A stretch of DNA of 64,000 nucleotides from Octopus sinensis. Taxonomy: Eukaryota. The stretch is taken from contig NC_043006.1 in assembly GCF_006345805.1 (NCBI RefSeq), positions 50,778,001 to 50,842,000 of the forward strand. Direction: 5' to 3'. The notes under the pieces were generated by a model that did not search any database, was not told the DNA's origin, and saw only the letters and a program-made list of their open reading frames with translations. Below, one piece after another: positions 24,040 to 38,629 of the stretch (position 1 is its first letter; each line of letters begins with the position of its first letter). Position numbers and translations under genes: made by a program.

Positions 24040-26000
24040 CTAAAGCAATAAGCAAACTGCAGAATAAGAAGGCACCTGGAACGGACCTAATAGTTGGATA
24101 TTATTACAAGAAGCTGACATTTTATAGAAACCAATTGATATGTATGTTCAAAAGGACTATGGACGGTTAGACTGATATACCAAATTGGCTTGCTACAGCA
24201 AGGACAAATCTTGTTGCCAAAAATGAAATCACCGAGAGACAGGAAACTACAGGAAACTGTACACAAGTGCCTACATCTGGCAAAGGTACCTACTACCTTA
24301 ATTGCTGCTATAGAGAAACTCACAAAGATATAGACAACTATTTCTACCCTTACAACTGAGAACAGAATAATTTTTTCTAATAGTATAGGCATTGCAAAGG
24401 GACTATCTCCCTGTACGTCTTTACATTTTGGCAGTGAATCCATTATATTTCCTACTGCAAAAGACAAATGGTTATATACGAGGATCTTCAACTGCCAGAA
24501 ATATCAATGTAACTCATTTTTTGTAGATGACCTGAAGATTTATGATAAAAGTGTTAACAATGCCAAAAAACAACTGGAATTAATTACATTTTCAGCTGAT
24601 ATAGGCATGGAATTTGGCCAAAAGGAATGTTCATATCTGTTTATAGAACGAGGAAAGTCAGTTCCCAAACCCAAATTCTGTGCATCAACCTTCTCTCTAT
24701 CTCACCCATTCCACACAAAGAATGTTACAAGTACCTAGGCATAGACGAAAACGTATCATTTGAAGGCACTGTGAATAAAAATAGAGTGAGCCGAGAATAT
24801 TACACCAGACTTAGGAAAATATGGCAGTCGGAACTCTCCTCTTACAACAGAACAGTATCCCACAATGCATTTGCAGTACCAGTGCTGATCCCAACACTTG
24901 GGATACTTAATTGGTCTGTAGAGGAAATCCACTCCATATATATCAAAACCCGCAAAATCCTGACAACAACTGGGAACTTCCACAGAAATACCGATTTCTA
25001 CCTTAGAAGAAATGAAGGTGGTAGAAGCCTGATATCAGTGCAGACTGCCTTCGAGTGCCGTATGACATCAATCACGCAGCACCTGCTAAGCAGCATCAGC
25101 AAAAATAAATATATTAATGCAGTCCTGAAAAGTGAAGTGAGCAACGTTGTACACGTTGGCAGTGAACTCAAGAAACACTCACTTCCAGATGATCTCCTAT
25201 ACAGCCCCAAAACAGCTGGGCTCGCTTACCTCAGAGAAGACCTGAATGGAAAGTACTCAGCAAAAAACAAAGACCATGCATGGGTATGTTGCCCAGAAGC
25301 TTGAAGAAGACAGTAGAATTGACACGAAGCGCAGCCTCTTGAGCACAAGACATTACATCTCACTTTGCAGGCTATGCGTTTGCAATCCAGAAGCAGGAAA
25401 TTACCACGAAATACCTGGTGAACAAGAGAGACAGTGACGCTCTTGTAATACCAAGGTGCAACCGCATGTGTAGGCTATGCCAGGTTTCAGTGGAAGACAT
25501 TACGCATGTGACCAGCAGCTGTCCTAAAATGTCGTCACGGTACTACCTCCCTATGAGGCAAGATGTTGTTGCTAAAACAATTTAGAATGATATCCGCAAA
25601 AAAGACTGTCCTGAAATAAACTTAGAAAATCCCTCTGTTATGGAATACATTCATAAATACCAATTCAAGGAATACTAGTGGAATATTCCCATAAAAACTT
25701 CGGTCAAATTTAAGCATACCAGGACGGATATCGTTGTTTGAGACGGAAGTGCAAAGGAATGTACCATCATAGAGGTTAGCTGCCCTGCAGATATAAATAT
25801 CTCTTTGAAAATCAAAGGAAAAGAGGGTATCTACGAGTAACTCCTTTGAAACCTTCAGCTTCTATATCCAGACTATGAATTCATATTCATACCAATAATA
25901 ATTGGAGCACTAGGTTTTGTTAGTAAATGCTTAAAGGAGAATCTTACAGTGGGATTTTCAGAAAGATAAACTGACCGGCTGATTCGTACATTAAAATTCC
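24040..26000 (+). pseudogene. Dong/R4-like non-LTR retrotransposon (RT + CCHC + restriction-like endonuclease), disrupted
   Basis: FVDDLKIY, YKYLGIDE, CRLCQVSVEDITHVTSSCPKMSSRYYLPMRQD and TDIVV*D..KECTIIEVSCPADIN; many stops and frameshifts. Confidence 0.85.
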
Positions 26001-26506
26001 AAAAGAGACTGATAGAATAAGTACTAGGCTTACAAAGAATAACTCCTGGGGTCGATTTGCTCGACTAAAGACGGTGCTATATATATATATATATATTATA
26101 TATATATATATATAATATATATATATATAATATATATATATATATACGACGGGCTTCCTTCAGTTTTTTTTAACTACACGGTCATACTTATATCTTTCAA
26201 GCTTGTACTTTTTACCATAAGGAATAATTTAGATAACGATATTCCTAATCACTAAGAATGTATTTTCATTTAAATTTCTGGTCTTGCTACATCAAATACA
26301 GTAGTGACCATTGTGTTACCAGGTTTTGGTGCAGAATGCGTCTCAGGGTAATTTTTTTCATTTTTTTTATAAGTGTAGTATACTTTGCTGGATTCAAGCG
26401 ATTTCACCTGTTCTTTTACGATACTCGGATATGTTCTAACCAAGCGGAGATATAAACGGTAGAGTGCTGGGCTAAGAGTTTTATCATTTTTTAGTGACAC
26501 CACTTA

Positions 26507-26714
26507 GATTCTTTTCTGCTCTAGGCACAAGGTCCGAAATTTTGGAGGAGGGTGCCAGTCGATTAGATCGACTCCAGTATGTATCTGGCACTTATTTAAT
26601 CGATCCCGGAGGGATGAAAGGCAAAGTCGACCTCGGCGGAATTTGAACGTAACGGCAGACGAAATACCGCTAAGCATTTCGCCCGGCGTGCTAACGTTTC
26701 TGCCAGCTCGCCGC
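26507..26714 (-). mobile_element. SINE family A (tRNA head + Meta-like domain)
   Basis: Reverse complement has GGTCGACTTTGCCTTTCATCCCTCCGGGATCGATTAAATAAGT, which resembles the MetaSINE central domain from memory. Confidence 0.85.
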
Positions 26715-27186
26715 ATTATAACAATACTTAGATTTCCGAATTCAAGTCCTACCTAGACTGACTTTTGCTTTCAGAATTTCAGGAGACATTTAAATTAATA
26801 CGTAGTTTTATCATTTTGTCACTTATTCATTCTCCCTATTACTAATCTGCGTATTTTTTATTGGAATGAAAGCAAGTGAGACATTTTGCTGTTATTGCAA
26901 GCAGAACAGATAACCATATACAGGCACCCTTATTTCTTGCTTGGTACATATATGGGATCTTTACCAGATTCAAAAAATAATTTTTTGCAACTAAACACTT
27001 TCAAACTTCGGACACTGGTAGAATGTGTCATATAAAACATCTTTTATTCATAGCATTTTTGAGAAAAACTTATATTTACGAAGTTATTTCACGTTAAAGT
27101 TGTCCTATTTCGGTAATTTCAACCAATCAATGACGTGTATTCAGCTGAATAAAATTACCTCTGTTGTTTGTCAACAAGAACTTCCG

Positions 27187-27328
27187 GCTTTGCCTTTCAT
27201 CATTTCGGGGTCGATAAATTAAGTACCAGTTACGCATTGAGGTCGATGTAATCGACTTAATCTCTTTGTCTGTTCTTGTTTGTCCCCTCTATGTTTAGCC
27301 CCTTGTGGGCAATAGAGAAATAAGAAAT
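27187..27328 (+). mobile_element. 5'-truncated SINE A with Tx1-like tail
   Basis: Ends TTTGTCCCCTCTATGTTTAGCCCCTTGTGGGCAATAGAGAAA. Confidence 0.75.
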
Positions 27329-27365
27329 AAATGTTAATATACATGTTAATATAATGTTAATATTA

Positions 27366-27526
27366 GCGCAGGAGTGGCTGTGTGGTAAGTAGCTTGCTTA
27401 CCAACCACATGCTTCTGGGTTTAGTCCCACTGCATGGCACCTTGGGCAAGTGTATTCTACTTTAGCCTCGGGCCGGCCAAAGCCTTGTCAGTAGACGGAA
27501 ACTGAAAGAAGCTGGTCGTATATATG

Positions 27527-27561
<35 letters not shown>

Positions 27562-27762
27562 TGTATATCTGTATTTGTCCGCCCAACATCGCTTGACAAC
27601 CGATGCTGGTGTGTTTAGGCCCCCGTAACTTAGCGGTTGGGCAAAAGGGACCGATAGAATAAGTACTAGACTTACAACGAATAAATGCTGGGGTCGATTT
27701 GATTCGACTAAAGGCGGTGCTCTAGCATGGCCGCAGACAAATGACTGAAACAAGTAAAAGAA
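27366..27762 (+). mobile_element. SINE family B
   Basis: Full head, internal (TA)(TG) tract and the family tail. Confidence 0.85.
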
Positions 27763-29898
27763 TACAAATAAATAATAAACTTTAAAAAAGAACATGAAGT
27801 CTTTAAATAACGACGAAGCACGAAAATCAATAACGTTCTTTGTATATCTTTACAATAACTATTATATTATTCACAGCTTACATTCAATATCTACCTGTAG
27901 TCTTAAGTTTCTAATCAAGTGTATGATTAAGTGAGAGATACCAATAAAATTGCCTCTCTTTATGTTATAGTAGATCTTTATTTATTTTCTTTCTTGTGTG
28001 TGTGAATAATTGGTTTTGTGTATAGATTGAACACCTCAATTTCAAATAAGCCATGCAAAATAAGTTTATGCTGACTATTTTGTTTTAGTCAAAGAAATTA
28101 GGAATCCAAACAAGTCAGATGAAATTGTTGAAATCGAGAATTTATGTGTAGTCGATCATTCAGATCTAGATATGCTTAAATTTACCTTGCTTTTCTTTGT
28201 CCAAACAATGTTTTGCTGAACAATTTTGATAAAACACAAAACTGTTTTATGTGTTGGTATTCTCAGCTGGAAGAATACTAATGTGGTCTTAGATAAATTG
28301 TGTTCCAAAAAATGACGTGATTGCCACATCTAAAATATCTTTGATTCTAAGACCTCTCGATAAAGAAAAATTTGCATTTAAACCACAACCACTATCTCTA
28401 AACGAAAACTAAAACCTCTATCGCATCACTTTATCTGTTAGAAATATCAGCTACATCTGTCTCAAATCAGTCCCTATCATTTTGAAGAAGCATGTATTAG
28501 GCAATGTAAATACAGACTATATGAAAGGACAGTCACATGTTGAAGCCCTTCGTTTATATCCCAGTTTCAAAGGAGATGACTTGAGATTAGCAATAACAAA
28601 ACTACTACTAAACAGTTTTGTAAAAATTCCTAAATATGGTTTTATTCTGTGGGAATATCGCTATTTGGTCCATGAAAAATACAAGGATGAGACATTAAAT
28701 TATCTGCAACGACCTTAGAACTTCTCATATTGACAGTTGAATGACTTATGCGTGCATCGATAAAGATGGTTTCTCTTTTAGTTATTATGATGCAGGCTTG
28801 GACTGGAAACGTTAAGAAGTTATTGTGTTCATTATGGCTGTCTGTGTTTCGTTTATTTCAAAGAAGAATAGATTTCAATTATCAGTTTCCGTTCTAGTTT
28901 TTAACGTTATTTTTAATTTATTACAACAATAGAGATATTAAAACTTCATTCTTTAATATAATCCTTTTGCTTTTCGACACACTTAGTCAGTCTTCACACA
29001 ATTTTCACTATGAAAAGCAAATGTTTTTGACGGCATAAAGAAGCCTGCGCGAAAATGGACCAATTGTGTTGAGAAGCAATATCTCTATTGTTAGACTTTC
29101 ATTGTTGTAATAAATTAGAAAAGTTATTAATGAAGAAACCCCTTCCCTTTTTGGAGTAGACGGAAAACGGAGCAGCCAGGTTAATATTGTAACAACTTAA
29201 TTTGTGTTTCAAGAGCAAGTCTGCATCGAAGAAGCTCAAAGTAGACCACGTCTAGAGATGCAGCTCATAGAAAACAGATTATTGAATGTTATTATTTTTC
29301 GCTGGGGTAACCGGAAGCAGAACGACAATGGTTAGTAATAATAACGGCAATATAACTAACGTATCTAGTCCAAGTGACTTGAAGGACAATAAGAAAAGTT
29401 AGTATGTTTTGTGTATAATCAACGACGTTTTCTTCACCAATACACAGGTAGCCACAGTTGAAGGTTTAATCCTAAAACGTCAATATTCTTTGCTCCGTAC
29501 GACAGAGGTACTCCATTGTATAAGGTTGATTAATTTTGGAGTATACTGACGATCAAGTGATTAAGTGATCAGAATAAAATATACGATGCTGTTGTAGTTG
29601 TTATTGAGAATTAGATCATCTTTGTTCTACGTTTCAGTCGAGACTATATCTCGTCTTTTAATGGCATGTAGTGACTAAAATTTGTTCATCCTTTAACATA
29701 CTAGAGTATCATTTCAAAGATATTTGACTGAGACCTCCATTGAGGCTTCTCCATATTTTTATAATATGTAGTTTAGCTCTCATATGAGCCCTGATTTAAA
29801 CTGATCTATTCCCCAAAAGCGCTCCGGTCCTGACCATCCTCTTTATTTAAGAAGAAATGATTAATTCTGGGCTACATTTTCTAGTATATTAAGACAAT

Positions 29899-30244
29899 CC
29901 CAGTCGGGACCTCCTTCGGTCACGACACTGACCATGGGATTGCACCTAGAAAGTTACCCCCCTAGTCACAAGTCTGGACAAAGTGGTTTATAGAAGACCA
30001 GTAGTCGCCCATGCATACCGGCCTCCCCTCTCCACGCCACCAGTGTTATCCAAGGGAAAGGCAGCAGCCGATACAGCTTGGCACCCGTGACGTCGCAACT
30101 CATTTCTACAGCTGAGTTAACTGGAGCAACGTGAAAATATAGTGTCTTGCTCAAGAACACAACACGCATTCCGGTCCGGGATTCGAGCTCACAACCTCTC
30201 GATCGTAAGCTCGACGCTCTAACCACTGAGGCATGCGCCTTCCA
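29899..30244 (-). mobile_element. tRNA-Arg-like SINE with CORE-like domain
   Basis: Minus: CAGTGGTTAGAGC...ACG...GCTCGAATCCC then GTGTTCTTGAGCAAGACACT...CTCAGCTGTAGAAATGAGT. Confidence 0.8.
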
Positions 30245-31267
30245 CTTAAATTCTATCTTAAGACAATAAAATAGAATTTACTGTATATGTTGATACTGTT
30301 TCTACCATCTCGAGCGTAAACATTGAGTTTGTCTCGTCGACTTGACATTGCGGGATCCACTAAGAAAGATTGAAACAATGATGTTGATCGTGGGGCAGGT
30401 AATAAAGAAGGTAACATATAAAACTGTTTGTATTGTTTCTGTATCATAGGCTGGTGTGAGCCTTTGCACGGTAGCTCAGCATGTTAAAAATAACAACCAA
30501 ATCATCCTCACAGCACACTTTATTGTCTTCAAAAGTACTCATTGGATAATACAGTCCTCGATTTCCTGTATATTGGGGGGAAAAGGCGGGATGGTCATGG
30601 CTGGAACGCTATTGATCATAGGTTTGCTCAATGAAGACAGACCTAGGGCTGAATAACAATTTTGTACTCAATGTATTTTGGGTTTTTTTTTTTCTAGCTT
30701 CCATAAATAAGATGATTATGACAATGATGAAGATGATAAAAAAACAGGTTTGGGGTTAGGATGGGATTAGTGAAAATGATGAAGATATTGAAAAATATGA
30801 TGAGAAATCGATATATGATGTGATCATATTCATATGTTGATGGCTGTTACAATAACAGTGTTTTATTTTATAACGATTGTAATGATGATGATGATGAAGA
30901 TGATGATATAATCATTGAAATCTGCTACTTGAGGCCAACTAAAGGGTGGTGGTGATGGCGATGGTGGCAGTGGTGGTGGTGGTGGTGGTGATGAAGAATT
31001 GCTACTATTAATACATTATTATGTTTGTTTGGGGATTTTCTTTTTAAATTTTCCTCAATATTATGGCGATAATGAAGATAATAAGAATGATTTCTAGCAT
31101 GACCATATGGCTGCAAATGACGGGAGTTGGGATTGGAGAAGGAGAGGTTGGACCTGATTAAATCCGAAACAATAAAAGCAAAGCTAACTCCGGCGGGATT
31201 TCAACATTGAACACAAGGCAAGATAACTGGCAAAACTTTTTGCCTGCCATTATCAAGTGCGGAATAA

Positions 31268-31700
31268 GCAGCGAGCTGGCAGAATTGTTAGAGCGTCAGA
31301 TAAAATGTTTAGTTGCATTTAGTCGTACGTATTGCGTTTCTATATTGAAGTCCCGCCGAGATTAACTTTGTCTTTCACCCTTTCGGGGTTTGATAAAATA
31401 AGTACCAGTCAACTATTGGGATCGATGAGATCTACTTGCCGTCTCCATTCGATATTGCTGCCTTCTCCCAAAATTAGAATGAATTACCGGAGGGTTGAAG
31501 ATTAGCAGAAACTTCAGAGCGTTAGACAGAACGCCTTAAGTATTTAGTTCCTGTGCAATACGTTCCAGTCAAAGTTGACTTTACCTTTCATCCTTTTCGG
31601 GTTGATAAAATAAAGTACAATCAAATACTGAGGCCAATGCTAGCGACTATATCCCTCCGCACAAATTACTGGGTCCGTACCTATGTCACAAGCGATAATG
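31268..31700 (+). mobile_element. Two diverged SINE A copies
   Basis: GCGAGCTGGCAGAA head; CTTTCA..TTTCGGG..GATAAAATAAGTAC occurs twice. Confidence 0.65.
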
Positions 31701-31712
31701 ATAATTAGCAGT

Positions 31713-31868
31713 AGGTGTAGGAGTGGCTGTGTGGTAAGTAGCTTGCTTACGAGTTCAGTCCCACTGTGTGGTACCTTGGGCAAGTGTCTTCTACTATAGC
31801 CTCGGGACTACCAAAGCCTTGTGAGTGGATTTGGTAGACGGAAACTGAAAAAAGCCCGTCGTATATAT

Positions 31869-31899
<31 letters not shown>

Positions 31900-31900
31900 C

Positions 31901-31981
<81 letters not shown>

Positions 31982-32230
31982 TATATATATATGTGTGTGT
32001 GTGCGTGTCTGTATGTATATATATGTTTGTGTGTCTGTGTTTGTCCCCCCAACATCGCTTGACAACCGATGCTGGTGTGTTTAGGTCCCCGTAACATAGC
32101 GGTTCGGCAAAAGAGACCGAGAGAATAAGTACTAGGCTTATAAAGAATAAGTCCTGGGGTCGATTTGCTCGACTAAAGTCAGTGCTCCAGCATAGCCACA
32201 GTCAAATGACTGAAACAAGTAAAAGGGTAA
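31713..32230 (+). mobile_element. SINE family B with expanded internal microsatellite
   Basis: Same head and tail as the other B copies; internal (CA)(TA)(TG) tract of ~165 bp. Confidence 0.85.
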
Positions 32231-32974
32231 AGAGAGAGAGAGAGAGAGAGAGAGTACTTGTAGAAATTCCACGGCACATTTTGTGTCAGATATAAGAATC
32301 TCCCCACTCGGCAATAATATCCTGTCATTTCCTTCACAATCCTTTGATTAACTTCAAAGAAAACATGTCTATTCTCTTCGCTCATATTTTCTCTTCTACT
32401 GTGTTTTCTTATTCTGGCTTGTGTAAAAAAATTTTGCCGTTATCATTTGTATTTCACCTTTTTTCTTGATTAACAATTATCATTTTCCCCGCATTAGTTT
32501 CAATTTAATCGTTTGTCATACATACAACTCCTTTAATTCTTTCTTCCGTTATTTCACTTTTTTTCTACCCAAATTAATAATCTTCGTCGTTTCTAATCAT
32601 CATCTGTTCATTCCGAATTATTATTTCTTTTCTTTACTCTTTCCTCCATCTTCCGCTGTTTCTTCTCTGCCTCTCTTGATTGAATTCTCGTTGTCGTGCT
32701 CTATTCCCATTGTCTACCGTAACACACGAAACTCCGATACGGTAATGAAATAATCTAAGAAGCAATTGATATCGTATAAATGGCATACATCCACCCATAC
32801 ACATACGAACTCTAATGGCGGGCGTGCATGTACACAGCCCACTCTCATACTGCTAAATGTCGTCTGTGTGTATGTGTGCGCAATAATAGCGTTCGTTTCT
32901 GTGTAAATGTATGTATGTATGCATGCATGTGTGCATGAACCAGTAGCGTTCGTTTCAATATTACTCTCTCTCTC

Positions 32975-33010
<36 letters not shown>

Positions 33011-33321
33011 GCACACTCATTTTTACCATCTCCTTTCCACAGCGTGACAGATTCTTTACACTACAGGAATCTATCGCTAACACTTGAATATAATACATTA
33101 TTGTTGTTCGTAGCCATAACGTTTACACGTTTGGTAGATTAGATGGTTTAGTTAATATAATCAACTCTAATATTTGACCTGTACTTATTTTATGAATCTC
33201 GGAAATATGAAAGTGCAAAATCAAGTGTGCTAACCATGCAGAACGTAGAAATGGGACGTAACAACACAGTGCATGATGATATTTCGTCCATTGTTCACAC
33301 GATACAGGTATCAATCTTTTT

Positions 33322-33870
33322 GATGATGACGATGAGGAGGAGGAGGAAGAGTAGGAGGGGCGGGAGGTGGAGGAGGTTTGGAATGGTATGATGTTCATTT
33401 TGATGGTGAATATGTCGACGAGGACGACGGTGATGGCAACAGTGCTGGTTGTGTTGGTAGTGGCGGTGGTACTGCTGATGATGATGAGGAGGAGGAGGAA
33501 GAAGAAGAGTAGAAGGAGGAGGAAGACATGGTTATGATGATGTTTATGGTGTTTTCGGTACAAGTGATGTTGAAGGTAGTGATGATATTAACGTTAACGA
33601 TCATGATGATGATGATGACAATGTTGTGGTGGTCGTGGTGAAGGGAGCTGCAATGACTGTGATAATGTTAACGTTAGAGATGATGGTAATGGCGGTGACG
33701 GTGGTGGCAGTGGCGGTGGTGGTGGTGGTGGTAGCAGTGTTGGTGGTCGTTGTGGTGGTGGTGGTTATAGTGATGATGTTCTTGGTGGGGGTGGAGATGA
33801 TTATAGTAGTAGTAGCAGGGGGTGCTGCTGCTGCTGCTGCTGCTGCTGGAGGCGGTGGTGGTGACGATGG
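33322..33870. repeat. Low-complexity (GAT)n/(GAG)n/(GGT)n/(GCT)n tract
   Basis: Directly visible. Confidence 0.9.
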
Positions 33871-34486
33871 TAGTTTTAGCTAAAGTGGTGATTACCGTTA
33901 CTATATCGAAGAGGATCGATGACAGAAAAAAGAAATATTATTCATTATCAAGCTAGACATCAATATCAACTTTATCAATGATCAGTGTTCCGCGACTACT
34001 AGTGTCTGAACCACCTCCAGTGTATTTTGCTTTTCTCTGTCAAGCGTATCAGCATTATTGTCTGTATATATTTTAGATAATTAAAAATGGTTTAGAAACG
34101 AACGTAATATACGAAATAATTTGAGGAACAGAATCAGCAATAATCCCCATACTTTGAATAAGTCTGCGATATCAAAAGAACTTTGCTATATCAGAAGTTT
34201 ATAGTATCTGCTCCAAATTGTTTTTCAACATGGCTGTCGCGAAGCGTTTCACTTCACACAATTTACCATTTCTGACAATTCACTTCATTTGCCATAATAT
34301 CAGTGTTAATAATTATTTTCTAATACCGACACGAAGCCACGCCCTTTGGAGAGATGGAAGCTCTTTGGTTCTAATATTGACTTCCTCTTGCAAGTTTTGC
34401 TGACTCCATCAAAGGTATGGATACGATTGAATATAAATATGTGTGTGTGTGTGTGTGTTCGTGTGTGTACATACATGCATAAATAC

Positions 34487-34560
<74 letters not shown>

Positions 34561-35801
34561 GTAGATCTATGTATTTTTATTAATATTTAGCAGAAGCAAC
34601 AGAGTGACTCAAGGGCCGAGAATTTCGTGCGTTAACACTTATCAAGCATATATACATATCTAAATACTTACAAACACTTACAAACACTTAAATGCATTAC
34701 ATATGGACATACGTACATACATGCGCATATAATGCGCTGTCCTGAATTTTTCCAAGTGTAAAACTTGCCCTGTAATTTTCCAGGTTTATAATCTTAAGAA
34801 TATTATTTCTCTTGCCCGCGTGTTTCCATGTTTTTACTCCAGGCTATGCTATTATGCTAATTATGCTAATTAATAATGTGTCAATTACGGGTGTCGTTGA
34901 TATATTTTTCCTTACTCAATGACGCCGGTGACATGTATTAAAAGTCCCCCTATAGAACTATATTCACAAAATGTATAGAACTATATTATTACCCTCAAAT
35001 TTGAGAAACAAACACCCATAACATTTTCTTTTAAACTTCATTGCATGAAAATGATACCATGAAATTCTTTGAATTGAGCTCTGTCATTTAAGCTTAATTA
35101 AAATATAATTTGTTTTTAAAATGAAAAAGTTAATTATACTTAAATCCAATTTTTTGCCTTGCTTATATTTTTTTCATTCTATTTTACCTCACAACTTTTC
35201 TGATGCAAATTTTTGTTGCATGAAAACAAAAATTCTTTATGCTTTCTCCTATCATTGAAGCTAAGATAAATATAGTTTGCTTTTAAAATAAAAAAAAAAC
35301 GTTATTTAGATCTAAACTTCATTGGTAGCGTTACTTACTCCCCTATAACGTTGCTACAAACTTTGATCAAATCTGAATTTTTAATGTCAAAATGTAGCTA
35401 GGGACCACTCCTCGTCAAAAATGTTAACAGTTTTCAATTTGGTTAAGAACTGAATTAGTAACAAGCTTTGAAAGGTGCTGCGTGTGAGTAAATTGCGGCC
35501 TTAATATTATTCAACTACTACCGTAATTGAATGATATATACTTTGTCTCGCCATATCTATCATATTTTTTAATACAGTGTCTTGTTTTTCTTTTCGTTTT
35601 AGGTAAGTGTCTATTCCAATTGCACTGGATTTATATATCACCTCCGTCACAAGTTCAATTCCTGCATTCCTGTTCCAACTGGTGATGTACATACAAACTA
35701 TTTCAGATTTTGGGTAATGGATTTACATTTATCAATAGCCTTCCCATTTTTCTAATTATACACCCCCCCCCCACCACACACACACATGCATATATATACA
35801 T

Positions 35802-35909
<108 letters not shown>

Positions 35910-36184
35910 ATATGGGCACCAAGTAGTGATGATGAATTAACGAACTTTAGGTTAGTTAAATATGTTTGTGACACATTTCAACTTCTGAAGGCAAATCAAC
36001 TGCAGTTACCATGGAGAAAAATCCTCTCTTATAATAAAATGTGTAAAAGCAACACATCTGCCCAATGTTTTCCTCTAGCGGATTCCCACAGGCGTTTCTG
36101 ACTCTTTAGTCTCCCTGAATCGGAAATGCCGAAGAGAGATAATCCTGAGCTGATTCAAAGCGATAGCTTAGATATATATATATA

Positions 36185-36371
36185 ATAGATCGCTAGCCAC
36201 TACACACATTTTTCTCCCCTTGTTTCTCTCCTAGTTTCTTTCTGTCTTCCTTTCTGTGGAAGGCTCGAACCGTTAAATTTTTTTTCAATACCCGAGCGTT
36301 ATACTAATACATCCGTTTGTTGTTTACACCATCTGTCTTCGTCTTTTGTTTTTGGGTGAATTCTTCCCCTA
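36185..36371 (+). mobile_element. Second copy of the 3595-3745 repeat; hammerhead helix II deleted
   Basis: CTTTCTGTGGAAG[gap]GCTCGAACCGTTAAA...GTTTGTTGTTTACAC...CGTCTTTTGTTT, between (TA)n tracts. Confidence 0.6.
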
Positions 36372-36380
36372 CACACACAC

Positions 36381-36480
<100 letters not shown>

Positions 36481-36487
36481 TATATAT

Positions 36488-36522
<35 letters not shown>

Positions 36523-36523
36523 C

Positions 36524-36577
<54 letters not shown>

Positions 36578-37229
36578 GACAGACTTCATTCACGCAGCTT
36601 CAGTCGTCCCGGATGTAGTGGAAGACACCTGTTCAAGATGCTGTTCTTTGGGACTGAACACAAAACCACGTACCTGGGAAACGAGTATTATCCTAACCCA
36701 CTGGATCGGATATATTCATTTCGGCTTTGTTCTTTTCTTACTAACGCACTGAATTTGATATAGTCCCCGTTCATTAATCCAAGGGTTTCTGAACCGAATT
36801 CCTTTGCTATTTTCCTGATTTCCTTGTTAGTGATCTCATTTGATCAATCTATCCTTTTTCACACTGAGTCAGACGTCTTTTTCGACTCCGAACATATTAC
36901 TGATCTTACAGATATTATGTTTTACAGTTAAAGATGTGGTGGTATGTATCTCGGTGTCTTGTATAGGTGGTTGAGATAGATCTTTCCAGTGTTGTGCCCA
37001 TTCCAAGGCCCTAGGTAGTAGATGGTCGCGACCGTTGATTCACATACAATATGCACTTCACCATATAGTTAAAAAAAACTTTTCCGTTCATTATTTCATA
37101 TATAACCGACATTAAATTTCTCCTTCCAACAGCCGACGAACTGAAGTACCAGTAAATTATTAACTTCAATATAATCTACCTACTCCACGCTCAACATATA
37201 TTAGCTATATGACTATTGATCTTTATTAC

Positions 37230-38180
37230 TAAGCTGGCAGAATCGTTAGAGCATCGTAAGAGAATGTCTGACGGTATTGCTTCCGTCTTATCATTATATG
37301 AATTCAAATCCCGGCGACGCCAACTTAACCTTTCATCGTTTTTGGTAGTCATAAAATAGAGTACTAGTCACTACTGAGGTCGCTGGTATCTAGAAATACC
37401 TTCAAAGTTTCTGTGCCTGAACAGGAATCATCATCATCAGTATTATTATTATTATTATTATTATTATATTATTATTATTATTATTATTAAGGCAACCAGC
37501 TGGCAGAATCGTTAGCAGTGGGGATCGATGTGACCGACTTGCGCCTACCCCACAAATTTCAGGCTTTGTGCCTATAGCAGAAAGGATTATTACTATTGTT
37601 ATTAAGGCACCGAGCTGGCAGAATCGTTAGCACGTCGGGTGAAATGCTTAGCGGCATTTCGTCTGTCTTTACGTTCTGAGTTCAAATTCCGTCGAGGTCG
37701 ACTTTGCCTTTCATCTTTCGGAGTTGTTTGAATAAGTACCAGTTACGCACTGGGGTCGATGTAATCGACTTAATCCCTTCACCCAAATATGAGGCCTTGT
37801 GCTCTCAGTAGAAAAAATTATTATTATATTAGTAAGTGTGGTATTAGTTGTTGTACGAGCAGCAGCAGAGTGGCCAGCTTATAGGATGCTCAGCGCGTCA
37901 GATATGTGCAGGATTTGCTTTGAATCTTTAGGTCCTAAATCCATCCCTCTGCCAGTCATCCCTCTGGTGTCGATAGAATAGCATTGTGCCGAAATTTGAA
38001 ATCATTATGACTGTGATGACGAAGAGGATCAGTGTTATTGCTGCTTAGCGGAATTTCTTCCGGCTCTTTTCTAAATTCAAATTCCACCGAGGTCAAATTT
38101 AACTTTCATCTTATTGTGATCGATTATATAAGTATCAGTTGGGCATTGGGGGTTGATGTAATCGACTTACCCCCTCCCTA
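37230..38180 (+). mobile_element. Cluster of SINE A copies and fragments in (ATT)n
   Basis: GCTGGCAGAATCGTTAG heads at ~37233, 37499 and 37614; best copy 37605-37820. Confidence 0.75.
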
Positions 38181-38191
38181 ACATTTTCTTT

Positions 38192-38419
38192 CTACTCTTT
38201 TACTCTTTCACTTATTTCAGCCATTTGACTGCTGCCATGCTGGAGCACCGACTTTAGTCGAGCAAAATCGATCTCAGGACTTATTCTTTGTAAGCCTACT
38301 ACTTATTCAATCGGTCTCTTTTGACGAACCGCTAAGTTACGGAGATGTATACACACCAGCATCGGTTGTCAAGCGATGTAGGTGGGGGGAACAAACACAG
38401 ACACACACACACAGATTTA

Positions 38420-38468
<49 letters not shown>

Positions 38469-38629
38469 CGGGCTTCTTTTCAGTTTCCGTCTACCAAATC
38501 CACTCACAAGGCTTTGGTCGGCCCGAGGCTATTTAGAAGACACTTGCCCAAGCTGTCACGCAGTGGGACTGAACCCGGAACTATGTGGTTGGGAAGCAAG
38601 CTACTTACCACACAGACACTCCTGCGCCT
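38192..38629 (-). mobile_element. SINE family B
   Basis: Full-length, with internal (TA)n. Confidence 0.85.

Noticed and set aside
29625-29665. Hairpin plus GAAACGTA on the minus strand
   Set aside because: No CUGANGA-like core upstream.
33123-33883. ORFs of 69-146 aa
   Set aside because: Driven by trinucleotide low-complexity sequence.
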